From: the human T2T-CHM13v2.0 reference genome, Homo sapiens
NCBI RefSeq assembly: GCF_009914755.1
Contig: NC_060935.1
Length of the DNA stretch: 64,000 bases
Strand: one strand, 5' to 3'
Position 1 is the stretch's first letter, and each line of letters begins with the position of its first letter. The position numbers and the translations under genes are program-made. Shown piece after piece: positions 1 to 14,400 of the stretch. The notes beneath the pieces are model-generated. The model was not told where the DNA came from. It worked only from the letters and a program-made list of their open reading frames with translations, and ran no database searches.

Positions 1-2071
<2,071 letters not shown>

Positions 2072-2134
2072 TATGATGTTAGCTGGTTATTTTGCTCGTT
2101 AGTTGATGCAGTTTCTTCCTAGTCTGGATGGTCT

Positions 2135-3151
2135 TTACATTTTGGCATGATTTTGCAGCAGCTGGTACCGGTTGTTCCTTTCCATGTTTAGTGCTTCCTT
2201 CAGGAGCTCTTTTAGGGCAGGCCTGGTGGTGACAAAATCTCTCAGCATTTGCTTATCTGTAAAGTATTTTATTTCTCCTTCGCTTATGAAGCTTAGTTTG
2301 GCTGGATATGAAATTCTGGGTTGAAAATTCTTTTCTTTAAGAATGTTGAATATTGGCCCCCACTCTCTTCTGGCTTGTAGGGTTTCTGCCGAGAGATCCG
2401 CTGTTAGTCTGATGGGCTTCCCTTTGAGGGTAACCCGACCTTTCTCTCTGGCTGCCCTTAACATTTTTTCCTTCATTTCAACTTTGGTGAATCTGACAAT
2501 TATGTGTCTTGGAGTTGCTCTTCTCGAGGAGTATCTTTGTGGTGTTCTCTGTATTTCCTGAATCTGAACGTTGGCCTGCCTTGCTAGATTGGGGAAGTTC
2601 TCCTGGATAATATGCTGTAGTATGTTTTCCAACTTGGTTCCATTCTCCCCATTGCTTTCAGGTACCCCAGTCAGATGTAGATTTGGTCTTTTCACATAGT
2701 CCCATATTTCTTGGAGGCTTTGCTCATTTCTTTTTATTCTTTTTTCTCTAAACTTCCCTTCTCGCTTCATTTCATTCATTTCATCTTCCATCGCTGATAC
2801 CCTTTCCTCCAGTTGATCGCATCGGCTCCTGAGGCTTCTGCATTCTTCACGTAGTTCTCGAGCCTTGGTTTTCAGCTCCATCAGCTCCTTTAAGCACTTC
2901 TCTGTATTGGTTATTCTAGTTATACATTCTTCTAAATTTTTTTCAGAGTTTTCAACTTCTTTGCCTTTGGTTTGAATGTCCTCCCGTAGCTCAGAGTAAT
3001 TTGATCGTCTGAAACCTTCTTCTCTCACCTCGTCAAAGTCATTCTCCATCCAGCTTTGTTCTGTTGCTGGTGAGGAACTGCATTCCTTTGGAGGAGGAGA
3101 GGCACTCTGCTTTTTAGAGTTTCCAGTTTTTCTGTTCTGTTTTTTCCCCAT
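2135..3151 (-). CDS. L1 ORF1p (RNA-binding/chaperone protein), full-length 338 aa, open
   Basis: Translation MGKKQNRKTGNSK...QNHAKM; REKG, ARR and YPAKLS motifs are intact. Confidence 0.95.
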   Translation of the reverse strand: MGKKQNRKTGNSKKQSASPPPKECSSSPATEQSWMENDFDEVREEGFRRSNYSELREDIQTKGKEVENSEKNLEECITRITNTEKCLKELMELKTKARELREECRSLRSRCDQLEERVSAMEDEMNEMKREGKFREKRIKRNEQSLQEIWDYVKRPNLHLTGVPESNGENGTKLENILQHIIQENFPNLARQANVQIQEIQRTPQRYSSRRATPRHIIVRFTKVEMKEKMLRAAREKGRVTLKGKPIRLTADLSAETLQARREWGPIFNILKEKNFQPRISYPAKLSFISEGEIKYFTDKQMLRDFVTTRPALKELLKEALNMERNNRYQLLQNHAKM

Positions 3152-4049
3152 CTTTGTGGTTTTATCTACTTTTGGTCTTTGATGATGGTGATGTAGAGAT
3201 GGGTTTTTGGTGTGGATGTCCTTTCTGTTTGTTAGTTTTCCTTCTAATAGACAGGACCCTCAGCTGCAGGTCTGTTGGAATACCCTGCCTTGTGAGGTGT
3301 CAGTGTGCCCCTGCTGGGGGGTGCCTCCCAGTTAGGCTGCTCGGGGGTCAGGGGTCAGGGACCCACTTGAGGAGGCAGTCTGCCCCTTCTCAGATCTCCA
3401 GCTGCGTGCTGGGAGAACCACTGCTCTCTTCAAAGCTGTCAGACAGGGACATTTAAGTCTGCAGCGGTTACTGCTGTCTTTTTGTTTGTCTGTGCCCTGC
3501 CCCCAGAGGTGGAGCCTACAGAGGCAGGCAGGCCTCCTTGAGCTGTGGTGGGCTCCACCCAGTTGGAGCTGCTTTGTCTACCTAATCAAGCCTGGGCAAT
3601 GGCAGGCGCCCCTCCCCCAGCCTCGCTTTCGCCTTGCAGTTTGATCTCAGACTGCTGTGCTAGCAATCAGCGAGATTCCGTGGGCGTAGGACCCTCTGAG
3701 CCAGGTGTGGGATATAATCTCGTGGTGCGCTGTTTTTCAAGCCCATCGGAAAAGCGCAGTATTCGGGTGGGAGTGACTCGATTTTCCAGGTGTCGTCCGT
3801 CACCCCTTTCTTTGACTCGGAAAGGGAACTCCCTGACCCCTTGTGCTTCCCAAGGGAGGCAATGCCTCGCCCTGCTTCGGCTCGCACACGGTGCACGCAC
3901 CCACTGACCTGCGCCCGCTATCTGGCACTCCCTAGTGAGATGAACCCCGTACCTCAGATGGAAATGCAGAAATCACTGTCTTCTACATCGCTCACGCTGG
4001 GAGCTGTAGACTGGAGCTGTTCCTATTTGGCCATCTTGGTTCCTCCCCC
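3152..4049 (-). promoter_or_regulatory. L1 5'UTR with internal sense promoter and antisense promoter; YY1 site at 4029-4038
   Basis: CpG-rich UTR; GGCCATCTTG (CAAGATGGCC on the minus strand) is retained. Confidence 0.85.
3599..3907 (+). CDS. L1 antisense ORF0-like peptide, 102 aa
   Basis: ATG at 3599 gives MAGAPPPASLSPCSLISDCCASNQRDSVGVGPSEPG..., matching the primate L1 ORF0 N-terminus. Internal donor CCAG|GTGTGG at 3704/3705. Confidence 0.75.
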   Translation: MAGAPPPASLSPCSLISDCCASNQRDSVGVGPSEPGVGYNLVVRCFSSPSEKRSIRVGVTRFSRCRPSPLSLTRKGNSLTPCASQGRQCLALLRLAHGARTH

Positions 4050-4054
4050 AAAAA

Positions 4055-4400
4055 GCCAGTTTGTGTTAATTTGATTAGGTCACATGATCCAGATAGTCAA
4101 ACATTATTCTAAATGTATTCGTGAAGGCCTTTTTTAGATAAGATTAACATTCAGATGAGTAAACTTTGAGTAAAGCAGGTTATCCTTCATAATTTGAATA
4201 CCCATATCTAAGTAGTTGAAGGCCTTAATAGAACAAAGACTGACCTTCCTTGAACAAGAAGGAATTCTACCAGAAAATGGTCTTTTGATTCAAACTGCAA
4301 CTCTTCCCTGGATTTTTAACCTGCTGGTCTACCCTGTGGATTTTGGATTGCCAATTTCCATAATCATATGAGCCAATTCCTTAAAATCTCCCTCTCTCTG

Positions 4401-4445
<45 letters not shown>

Positions 4446-4538
4446 ATACCTACCTACGTACCTACTATCTGTCTCTATTTGCATACACATACACATATCC
4501 TATTGGTTCTGTTTCTTTGGAGAACCCTGACTAATACA
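4055..4538 (+). mobile_element. ERVL LTR, MLT2D-like, with internal (TC)n tract
   Basis: Contains gttgaaggccttaatagaacaaa and ends ctattggttctgtttctttggagaaccctgactaataca. Confidence 0.8.
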
Positions 4539-4562
4539 GATGTATAATCTAATCCTTGGCCC

Positions 4563-4569
<7 letters not shown>

Positions 4570-4612
<43 letters not shown>
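4570..4612. repeat. (TA)n microsatellite
   Basis: About 20 perfect TA units. Confidence 0.95.
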
Positions 4613-4619
<7 letters not shown>

Positions 4620-4712
4620 CTCTAATGTGTATTTTGTCTTAGCCTTTGGTAATGAGCATCCTGAGGCTTTGAATTTTTTTCACGATTTTGTCCTCCATAA
4701 TGCCTGACACAG

Positions 4713-5038
4713 CAGCAGTCCCCAACCACTTTGGTACAAGGGGTCAATTTTGTTGAACACAATTTTTCCATGGATGTGGGGGTGGGAGGGCAGGGAGATG
4801 ATTTTGGGATGAAACTGTTCCACCTCACAGCATCAGGCATTAGATTTTCCTAACGAATGCGCAGGCTAGATCCCTCCCATGCACAGTTCACAATTCACAC
4901 TCCTGTGAGAATCTAATGCCACCTGACAGGAGGCAGAGCTCAGGTGGTAATGCTCCCCTTACATGCCGCTCACCTCCTGCTGTGTGGCCCAGTTCCTAAT
5001 AGGCCTCACATCAGTACCAGTCCATAGCCTGGGGGTTG
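4713..5038 (+). mobile_element. MER1B-like hAT-Charlie MITE
   Basis: Starts cagcagtccccaacc; contains ggatgaaactgttccacctca and gagaatctaatgcc. Confidence 0.8.
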
Positions 5039-5399
5039 TAGAGATGTGTAAATTCAAGAAGATAGATTGTTTTAAAAAATCGGTGTTCTTAGTAGAAATA
5101 TTGCCTTTGTTTTTATTCTAGGTTTTTAATTGAAAGCTGGAATACAGAAAGAATAATAAACACTGGAGTTTAAAACAGTGGGTTGATATGATAAGGAAAG
5201 TTTTGTTGTTGTTTGTTCTCCCTACCATCAAATAATTTTTCTTTATGCTTAAGTTTTGAAGGATTATTAAGAATTTGCTGTTTGAAAAGATGAGTAATGC
5301 ATTTTGCATAGTGAAAATAGCACATATGCATCACAGGGTAGTAAAATAGAGACAATCGTGTAAACTTGGTGCCTAGAGAAATATTTTTCAGACTTGCCT

Positions 5400-5605
5400 G
5401 ACAGCCACCTGCACCAGAATCCCACAGGGTAAACTGTGGGATTTAAAAATGTAATTTTGAGGGCCTCATTTTAGACCTATTCAGTCACAGTTTTAGAATG
5501 CACCAGCCAGGGTTTGGTATAAAAATAAACAAATAAATAAACAAAACCTCAGGAGATTCAGGTGAGAGTGGTTTGTATATATTCTCAGGTTTGAGAACCA
5601 CTGCA
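5400..5605. mobile_element. MER5-like hAT fragment
   Basis: Ends gtttgagaaccactg. Confidence 0.5.
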
Positions 5606-6089
5606 TTAGATTTTTGAGATTATTAGAATGCTTTGGAGGGAGCCAGGTTATGCAGAGCTTAGTTTGCCACGGTCAGCAATGTGGACTTTGTCCTGTGGGC
5701 TGTAAAAATCTATGGCAAAGGTCTCAACAGATAAAGATTTTCACCAAATTTGCCTTTTGAAAGATCACTGAGCTAGGCATGCCAATGGACAGCTGGAGGT
5801 TTTTCTCAGGCTTTTGGTCCTTCGATGTGTCTGTTTCCTTTTGTGTTTTTTTTTCTATATTAAAAAAATGCACAATGTTCAAATATATATTCATTTTATA
5901 ATAAAATACTAAATGAAAACTTTGTGCTAAATTATCCTCATTTTAAATGCCATAATAGACACGGAACCAGAAACAAATGAGCTTGATGAAGCATGAGGTA
6001 AGAAGAAGACTCTCAGGCAAGGCAAAGTTACCTGAAACAATTCCTCAAATAGTCTGCCATTACCACAGCTAGGGAAGAAGATCCATTTT

Positions 6090-6420
6090 ATGATTTTGTC
6101 GAAAAAGATATTATTCTGACTCTTGTTAAATGGTAAGGCAAACTATTCAGGACTATTGAGGTATGTACAGGGACTCCTGCAAGGGGATTTTGCAGTAGGC
6201 AAGAGAAATTGGACTCAACTTCAGAACAGCAGGGAAACTGGGGATTTATAGCTATGGAGCAGAGTGGGTGTGTCGGTGAAAAGAAAATTACTAAAAGGAA
6301 ACATGAAGAGAAGGAGGAATTCTGGGTCAACTGACTTGACAATTCCCACTAACACTTGGCTCTTAAAGACATGTCCAATGGGCCCGCCTACAGCTTGGTT
6401 AAGGAGGGCATCTTTGTCAA
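6090..6420 (-). mobile_element. ERV1-class LTR fragment (MER31-like)
   Basis: ttattctgactcttgttaaatggtaaggc...ggggattttgcagtagg...gggatttatagc. Confidence 0.45.
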
Positions 6421-8999
6421 CATGTGAAGAAGCATTTAGTTAGTTATACAATTGAAAAAGTGGAAAGTGATAGAATGGGAACCAAGGGTGGCCAAAGGAA
6501 AGTTAAGAAATTTTCTAAAATGTAACTAAAAATATGAGCTGGAGAAAATGCAAAGAAAAAAAAGACCAAAAAAAGCCCTGATTGGATTCCACGTAGCTAA
6601 ACCTTTTATTTTTCTTAATTTTACTATTTTTTCTAATGAGCAGTTGGCCTACTTCCTTCAAAGACTATTCTATTTGTTTCTTTCCAAGTTGGAAATAACA
6701 TTCATGAAGGCAATAACAGGAACAGGCATAGAAACAATCAAGCTAGGAAAGGATGAACATTCTTTTGCTAAGTATTTATCAAGTTAGTGTGGCTGCTAGA
6801 TAATAAGACAAGATGTAAAACCATGCTTTTTCACCCTCATCTAAACAAAGTGTGTTGCTATCATATTAATTATGTACTTGTATTCTTGAGGGAGTAGGAT
6901 GTCAAAAGAACAAATATGTTTGAATTAGTAATAACTATTCGCAAACCACTGGAATCCCTCTCCGTAAAGTTAACTACATATTTAGATGTCAAATGCAATT
7001 TTTTCACTTTTTTATAATCAAAAGTCAGTGTTCTTCTGTAGGCTATTCCCTCTTGCACAATCAGTGCTGCTTATTTGATGTGATTGCTTTGCTTTGCCCT
7101 TCCCTAAGAACTAAATGATTAATTGGCAGTGTGATCTATTGGCCATTATTTTTCTAAATTTTCTTATAAATAGCTCTTACCAAATATCTAAGCATTACAG
7201 AATTTAGTACATTCACAGAGATAGAAATACCTAACAATATTGGCTGAATCATAGCAACTCAAACACTAATCCCTGTTTATCAGATATGCTTGAAAAATCT
7301 AACTTCTAGCTCTAGTCAAATTTAGACAGCTATCTCCATCGGTAAACATTAATGTAAGAAGAAGTTATGAGTAACAAAAAAATAAACAGAAAGTGAAGGA
7401 AAAGAAACATGTGGAAGGTTGAAAATTAAAACTAAACCTAAAAATTAAGTAATGTATGATGGTCACAGAATCAGCCTTCTCTTTATCCTAGAGGGAGCTT
7501 TCTATGTATTTGTTATTTTAAAACTGACATTTCAATGTATACAGAATTGAACTAATTCCAAACATTGTTGGTAGGAAGAAAAATGGAAAATTGCACAAAA
7601 TTATGTGTATATTCATTTCTTTGAATATTAATAGTAAATTTAAAACATAAACAAAAATTAGACTATGAGCAATTGTCTGCCAAACACAACAGTGACTTTT
7701 TTTGTGCAAAGAAACAATTTCAGCATCAGAGTCACCTTTTTATAAAAGTATTTTATGTTTAAGACAGCTTGCTGCATTTCAAACTGTACAAATGTGGAAA
7801 ATGCTCCCCCATGTAAGCCTGTTGAAATCTTATTATATTGCATCCCCATCTTTCTTCATGTTGCACTGAACTTGTAGAGAGAGATGTATTCCTATCCACA
7901 GTGCAGCTTATATTTAATGCACTCCATAATTGAGTCTTTATTCCTTTCTTTGTAGGATTACTTATAATTGCAGAGGAACTCTCAGTCATTTTGTGTAGAC
8001 CTAAAGAAGAAACCATGCATCCAATTGAATTAAGCAAAATGTGCAATGGCAAGAAAATTAAGTAGAGAAATTAAGCAGAAAATGGATAAAACATTTTATT
8101 AATGCTATGCATGCACTCTCAGTTTAGATCATTGTATAAATGACAAACTTAATGAGTAGCATCACACAAGTATGAGAAAATAAAATAATTGGCTGCTTTA
8201 TTTAACACAGTCTTCTCCAGTAGACATCCATGCCTTTGGGCTAAAAAGTAAAAATTTGGGGGAAGGCTGGATCTCAAAGTGAAAGCAACATAACATCTTT
8301 ATTATTCTATGTATGTGATGTTAGATTTGCTCCATGGCATTCTATAAATCTGTTGAAGGTCAAGACTGGGACTCTGCAGGCCTAAGTTTCAACAACCAGT
8401 TAAGAGAGCAATCCCTCTTTTCTGTGATTCCTTTGATCTACCTTTAGTGGTAGGTGTTTTGGAAGTTTCTCCCATTCCCACAAACTTGAGAAAAAAATAA
8501 GGCTTTGAGTTAAAACTTCTTGCTCTTCTTAATCAGTTTACTAAAAGGCGCAGATGGAATGAGTATTTCCTTTATTTGTTCACTTAACATAAGTTTATTG
8601 ATGTGTACTATGTAGTAAGTACTATGCTGGGGACTGACAACATGGACATGAAAGACTTGCCCTCAAGTTGCTCACAGTCTAGTAACAGTAACTAAATTCT
8701 AGGTTGCAAATGTTATGATAAAGGGAAATACAAGATCAAAGACAGCACAAAGGCAGTTCAGGGAATCAGCTTCCACCTGGACTGCTGCTTTGGTCCTCTT
8801 TCTTAAAGCCAAATGATTATGCATCAATTTGCTAAAATTATAAATCCAGTGCCTCAAACAATACACATTTCTAGTGCTCAGTGTGTTGCTAATGGCTTCC
8901 ATATTGGGCAGTGTAGAATTGGACGTTTTTTTTTTATCATCACAGGAGGCTCTTTTGAACAGCGCTTGTTTAGCTGTTAAAGCAAGGGTTTGAAGTCCA

Positions 9000-10430
9000 A
9001 GCAGAGCGCAAGATTTTGTTTGAGTTAAACTGCAAGGGTGATGAATTCTAGGCTGGTGAAGCAGCTAGTGTTAACAGGGCATTGTATAAAGAGAAGAGAG
9101 CTATGTAGAGAGATTATAAGATATGTCTGCATAAGAAAGAACTTCCTGAACACTAGTCTGCACTGAGTATACACACAGTAAGACTCCACAAAGATAGTGG
9201 CTACTGTGTGACTGAGATCTCAACAGACACTAGCGGTCATACCGTGCTGGGAGACATTAGAGTTAAATAGCAGTCAGAGTAATCTTGGTGAGAACCTCAA
9301 ACATTCAATTGAGGCTATAGAAAATCCCCACCTTGACAGTAATGACAACACCCTGGAGGAAGGGATATGCTCTTAAGACTAAGGACAAAAATCAATGTAG
9401 CTCCATATTAATAAGCCTGAAATGCTGAACTTTTTAGTTGTGAAGTTTACTGATGCTTGCAACTCACCTTGAAATGTATCAACAAATGACATATGGATGG
9501 ATAAACAGATGTAAAACCAAATCAATGTAGCAAAGTTTTGACAATTGTAAAAGATGGTGGTATATGAATTTTCACTCACATGAGCGGTATATGAGAGATT
9601 GTTGCCAAGAACTATCTCAAAATGATGGGATTTGAGTTTTCACTCATACTACCATCACTGTATAATTCTTTCATTATTTCTGTCTATACCAATTTTCTTA
9701 AAATATTGCCAGGGAAAAACAAAAAAAAAGTGTGAAAGTATAGAAAAGACTTGCTAGAACTAGTTCTGCTGGCCAGACTAAAACATAATACTTTTTAAAT
9801 AAAGACAGTATAACAGATGCTCTAAATGTAGTATCTATATTGTCTAAGTATATGATAATAAATTCATAAGTATATGACAAAGCAGAAACATGTAACACAA
9901 AATACAACATAAGAAAAGCAGTAGTCAATATAAATAGATCCTGAGATGCTCCACCTGATAAAATTAGAAGACTAGAAATTTAAAACCCCATTGTAAACAT
10001 ATTTAAGAAATTCAAGGAAAAGAAAATGGGGAAAAAATGTCCATCACTATAGGAATAAATAAACTATTGTGTAATGTATTCATATATTGAAATGTTGTTA
10101 CCAGCAATAGATATAACACCATGACTGAATCTCAAGAACATGATATTAAGGAAATAAACCATTCAAAAAAAGAGTACTAAATATGTGAGTCCTTTTATAT
10201 AAAATCTGCAAACAAAGCCATTAAGATGGGCATTAAAACGGCGATTTCTTTTGGAATGTGAAGATTGACAGGAAAGGGCTATGAGAAAACTCTCTGGGAT
10301 GATGGTACTATTCTATATCTTCACTGAAGTGTTGGCTTCACAGGTTTATACATGTATCAAGACCCATCAAATTGTGCACTTAATATCTGTGATTTCCAAA
10401 TGTATATAAATTTTGTCACAGTAAAGTTAA
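9000..10430 (+). mobile_element. Old L1M (L1ME-like) fragments
   Basis: 3'-end motifs such as tctgggatgatggtactattctatatctt and attgtgcacttaatatctgtg. Confidence 0.6.
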
Positions 10431-10539
10431 AAAATTAATGCATGTATGTACAAATAATGGCAAGTAGAAAATTGACTGTTTTCTTGAAACTTATTTAGAT
10501 AATGTTTCAACATTAAAATCAATAACAGTATTTCTCTAA

Positions 10540-10827
10540 TTTTTTTTTTTTTTTTTTTGAGTCTGAGTCTCGCTCTGTCGCCCAGGCTGCAGTGCAGTGG
10601 CGTGATCTCGGCTCACTGCAAGCTCCGCCTCCTGGGTGCACGCCATTCTCCTGCCTCAGCCTCCTGAGTAGCTGGTACTACAGGTGCCCACCACCACACC
10701 CGGCTAATTTTTGTATTTTCTAGTAGAAACGGGGTTTCACCATGTTCTCGATCTCCTGACCTCATGATCCGCCTGCCTCCGCCTCCCAAAGTGCTGGGAT
10801 TACAGGCGTGAGCCACCGCGCCCAGCC
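10540..10827 (-). mobile_element. AluY with a 12-bp left-arm deletion (Yd-like)
   Basis: AluY diagnostics gcaagctccgcc and cgccattctc; caccatgtt^ctcgatc lacks agccaggatggt. Confidence 0.9.
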
Positions 10828-10899
10828 TCTTATCTCATATTTCTATTTAAATTTGTTACATTAAAATGACAAAGTAATCTATGAGGACAGATTCATACT

Positions 10900-11150
10900 G
10901 ATTGAACATAACAGTGATATTAACATAACTGTATACTTATATACCTACAGAAAATACTAAGAACTTTACATGTGTTAATCCCTTACAACAACTTTAGAAA
11001 ATAAATAATAATCTCTATTTTAGAGATTAAAAGACGAGGGTAGGGTGAGAGATAAATTATGTTGTTTAACGTCACACATCTAATAAGAAGTGGAGCAAAA
11101 ATGAAATCTTAGCTGTTCTGATCCTCAAACCTATACTAATAACCTAGTAA
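10900..11150 (-). mobile_element. MIR
   Basis: aatcccttacaacaac...tctctattttagag. Confidence 0.55.
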
Positions 11151-11202
11151 TTTTATGCTTTCTTTTTTTTAAGAAAGGCAGCCCTTTAATAAAATTGAAT
11201 TT

Positions 11203-11268
11203 ATTTTGTGAATATATATAGATTTTGTGAATATATATATATATATATATATTTTGTGAATATATAGA
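11203..11268. repeat. Compound repeat: ATTTTGTGAA(TA)n x3
   Basis: Three copies of attttgtgaa, each followed by a TA run of variable length. Confidence 0.85.
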
Positions 11269-12830
11269 AGTGAAGACTTTGTATTCTTTATGTAGGGCAA
11301 CCAGATTATTCAGCCAAATTTCATATCACATTTATTTCCAACCTGCTGAAGGCTTTAAGTGATATCTTTCTTTCTTGACATCTATGTAGCAGGACCACGG
11401 CTAGTATCTAAAGTGAGAGAAGACAACATAATACACATTCGATTAATGGTTAATTATAACAGTAGTAATGATATAAAACTATCAATGATAACAGTAAACT
11501 TCTGGGTAGAGATGACCATAAACATTTACTCAGAGGCCTATGCCAAGAGCTATCTCAAAGTGATTGGATTTGAATATTTTATTTTAATTATTTTATGATT
11601 TAACTAGGTTAAATTATAATCAAATTGAACTATTTTATGTCTTTTTAAATTCAATTGGAGCTCCATTTTCTTTAAATATTGCAGTGTTTAAAAAGATGTT
11701 ATGCAGTATTGCTCTGGCCCTAAATCTTTTCTATTCTCTCTCCTCTAATTCTCTCTGAAAAAGGTTAATATGTTTGTAATTGGAGTATCTTTGGTGAAAA
11801 ATCATCTCAAAATTTCTTATCTTCCTCCAGGACTTGACAAAAAGTGAAAATTTCCAGAGACATCATTTAAATTCTTTGAGATTTAATTCATATAGAAAAT
11901 GTTCTCAATAGAACATGTAGCTGGTCCTAAGCATATTTTACCTGTGTGATTCTCTTCCAATAGTTACACAGAGCTAGTTTATACAAAGTAGTTAAATATT
12001 CACCTAAAACGTAAAGGGTTAAGCTGAGAACACATCTTTAAATGGCAGGAAAATTTTGATAATTTTCTCAAAGAAACTTGTTCCCAAATTCCATAACTTC
12101 CTCTTCTGATGTTATATTGGGAAAATTATTTAATCTTTTAAAGTTTCAATTTCCTTTTTTTGAAAAATTTGGAACCAGCATTAAAGGGTTTGTGTGAGGA
12201 TTGTCAGGTAAAACGTGTGACATAGTTGATGGTGAATGGAATTTGTTACTAAATAGTAAAATATGCCATGACATTTTATTCCTATTACAGAAACAGAGGA
12301 ATACCATGTTAAAGGATATAAAATTCAACCTAGAAACCTAGGCACTAACTGTGTTATAATTTTGTACCTTAAAAGCTCATGAGAACTTCTGTATTTCCAC
12401 ATATGTCAAGTACCAACTTTTTTGCTTGACTTTTATAACTCGCCGTACTTTACTCCCTCTCTATATATCTGCTGTCATTTTTTTAACCTCCCCAAAAAAC
12501 TCCAGGATGCCTATCATTCTATTCAAGTCAAAAATATTCTCCAATTTTCTTTTATTTATCCATTTACTAAAAGTGAATCAGTTTATTGATTTATTCATCT
12601 GTATATTTATCAACAGATTTTTATCAAAGCTATTTTAATCCAGCAACTCCACTAAGCAGGATGAATAAAAAGGTGAAATAGATAAAACTTACTTTTTGTT
12701 TTCCTGGAGCTGACACTATAAAAGTGGAAAGAAATAGCAAAAAAGGTCTTAAATAATTAAACATAGTCATGCTAGAAGGAGAAATGCAAGGTGTTCTCAG
12801 TGTAAACACCAAAGCAAATAAACACAACAT

Positions 12831-12978
12831 TAGGACTGGCCATGTAATTTCAAGGGCTCCATGCAAAATAAAACTTCAGCCTCTTATTCAAAAATTACTA
12901 AGAATTTGAAGATGATGACAATGGAACAAGTACAGGACTTGGAAATGTAAAGGTTGTATGGCCAGGAAGCCAGTTCTG
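12831..12978 (-). mobile_element. MER45A-like hAT-Tip100 MITE inside an L2 fragment
   Basis: aggactggccatgtaattt...ttcaaaaattactaagaattt...gaagccagttctg. Confidence 0.65.
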
Positions 12979-14009
12979 CATACTATAGAGGACCAGGGAC
13001 AGCTTTCATGTGGAAGTGTTCATTTCACCCGACACCTAAAGGATGAAGGGGGGTTAGGTCGAACATTTCAGACTTGCATTTTCATTTGTCATTTCCCTTT
13101 GGCGATAATGTACTGTCCAGAGCTACGAGCCTGATGTGTTAATACCAATGGATGATTCAGCTTTTTCTATCTTGCTTTGGCTGTTTGTGAAAGATGGATA
13201 GTTATCCTGCTAGGTCAAGTTTTATCACATGTATGAATCAAAAAGCAAAAATTAAGGCTAGAATTTTATTATTCAGAACTTAAAATAAAAATTTTAAGTA
13301 TGTCTCAGTCATTGTTCCTTAAATATTGATTGGCCTACACTGGCTTGGGAATTTGGAGATCTGTGTTCTTGTCTTGGATCTGCCTCTGACCTTGAACAAG
13401 GTACTCTTTGGATCAAAGCTTTCTAATCTGGGAAAACATAATTGATACCTAAGTTTTATTTTAGTCTGAAGTTCTAAACTACTGGCAATAGAATTTTCTA
13501 ATTTTCTTTAGTAAAATATACAGTAGTTCATTTTATTTTGGTCTACATTTTTGGAACATAAAATCGCAGTGTTGGCTGAATTGCTGATAGCATAAATACA
13601 GCAATAGCTGCCAAAGGCCACCTTCAACAGGCAATCTCTTTTTTTAAACAACCACATTAAATCCCTAAGGTGACCAGTGCTATACCATTCTTCTGTTAGT
13701 TAAAGGTCACCACTACTAGCAACCAATTTTTGTACCTCCCTGGAGTAGCTACTTAAGACTACATTCATTGTCTATATTAACTTCTCTACTTCATCTGTTA
13801 AATATCAAGGTAATTAAAGACTTATATAGACATTGAGCCACTTTATGCTGAAGAAGAGACTCTTTTTAGACTAAAAATCTTCAGGCAATGCAGTCTCAGA
13901 AAGGTGAAAAGAGAGTACTTTCAGATTTCTGGAAACTTTCTCTACCTTGTTAAGTTTACTATTGCATTTGGGCAATTTGAGTACCTCTGGTAATTGCAAA
14001 TTTAAGCTG

Positions 14010-14400
14010 TAATAGTCCTAGTTTAGGTTACTTTGTGATTACAAAGACCCCCAAATCTCAGAGACTTAAAACAACACAAGACTTATTTGTTATCAGAAGC
14101 TTTGTAGTTATAGACCAATGTCCTCCATGACACCACTCAGTAATACAGACAAAGAGAATCATTTCTTCCATCATGTAGTATGTACTATTAAGATTGTGGG
14201 AACTCCTTGATGCATCAGGAAAACAAAAAACAAACAAACAAAAAACACTCTTACTAAAATTAACTATTTAATCTTTTAGTGACACATATTACATTTGCTT
14301 ACAAGCCATTGGCTATAAATACTTATATAGCTGAGCCTAAGTTTATGGGTTTAGAGATGTGTAAACCTCCAAGTGCTCAGAAAAGAAGGTGAACTCTAAG
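14010..14400 (-). mobile_element. Old MaLR LTR (MLT1 family)
   Basis: acaaagacccccaaatctcagagacttaaaacaaca. Confidence 0.5.

Noticed and set aside
4050-4068. Possible TSD of the young L1
   Set aside because: The 3' junction is outside the window, so it cannot be verified.
5420-5441. 8-bp stem tcccacag/ctgtggga
   Set aside because: Too short to distinguish from chance.
7759-8052. 97-aa minus-strand ORF with an acceptor-like site near 8001 and UTR-like downstream sequence
   Set aside because: No recognisable protein, a non-ATG start and no supporting upstream exons.
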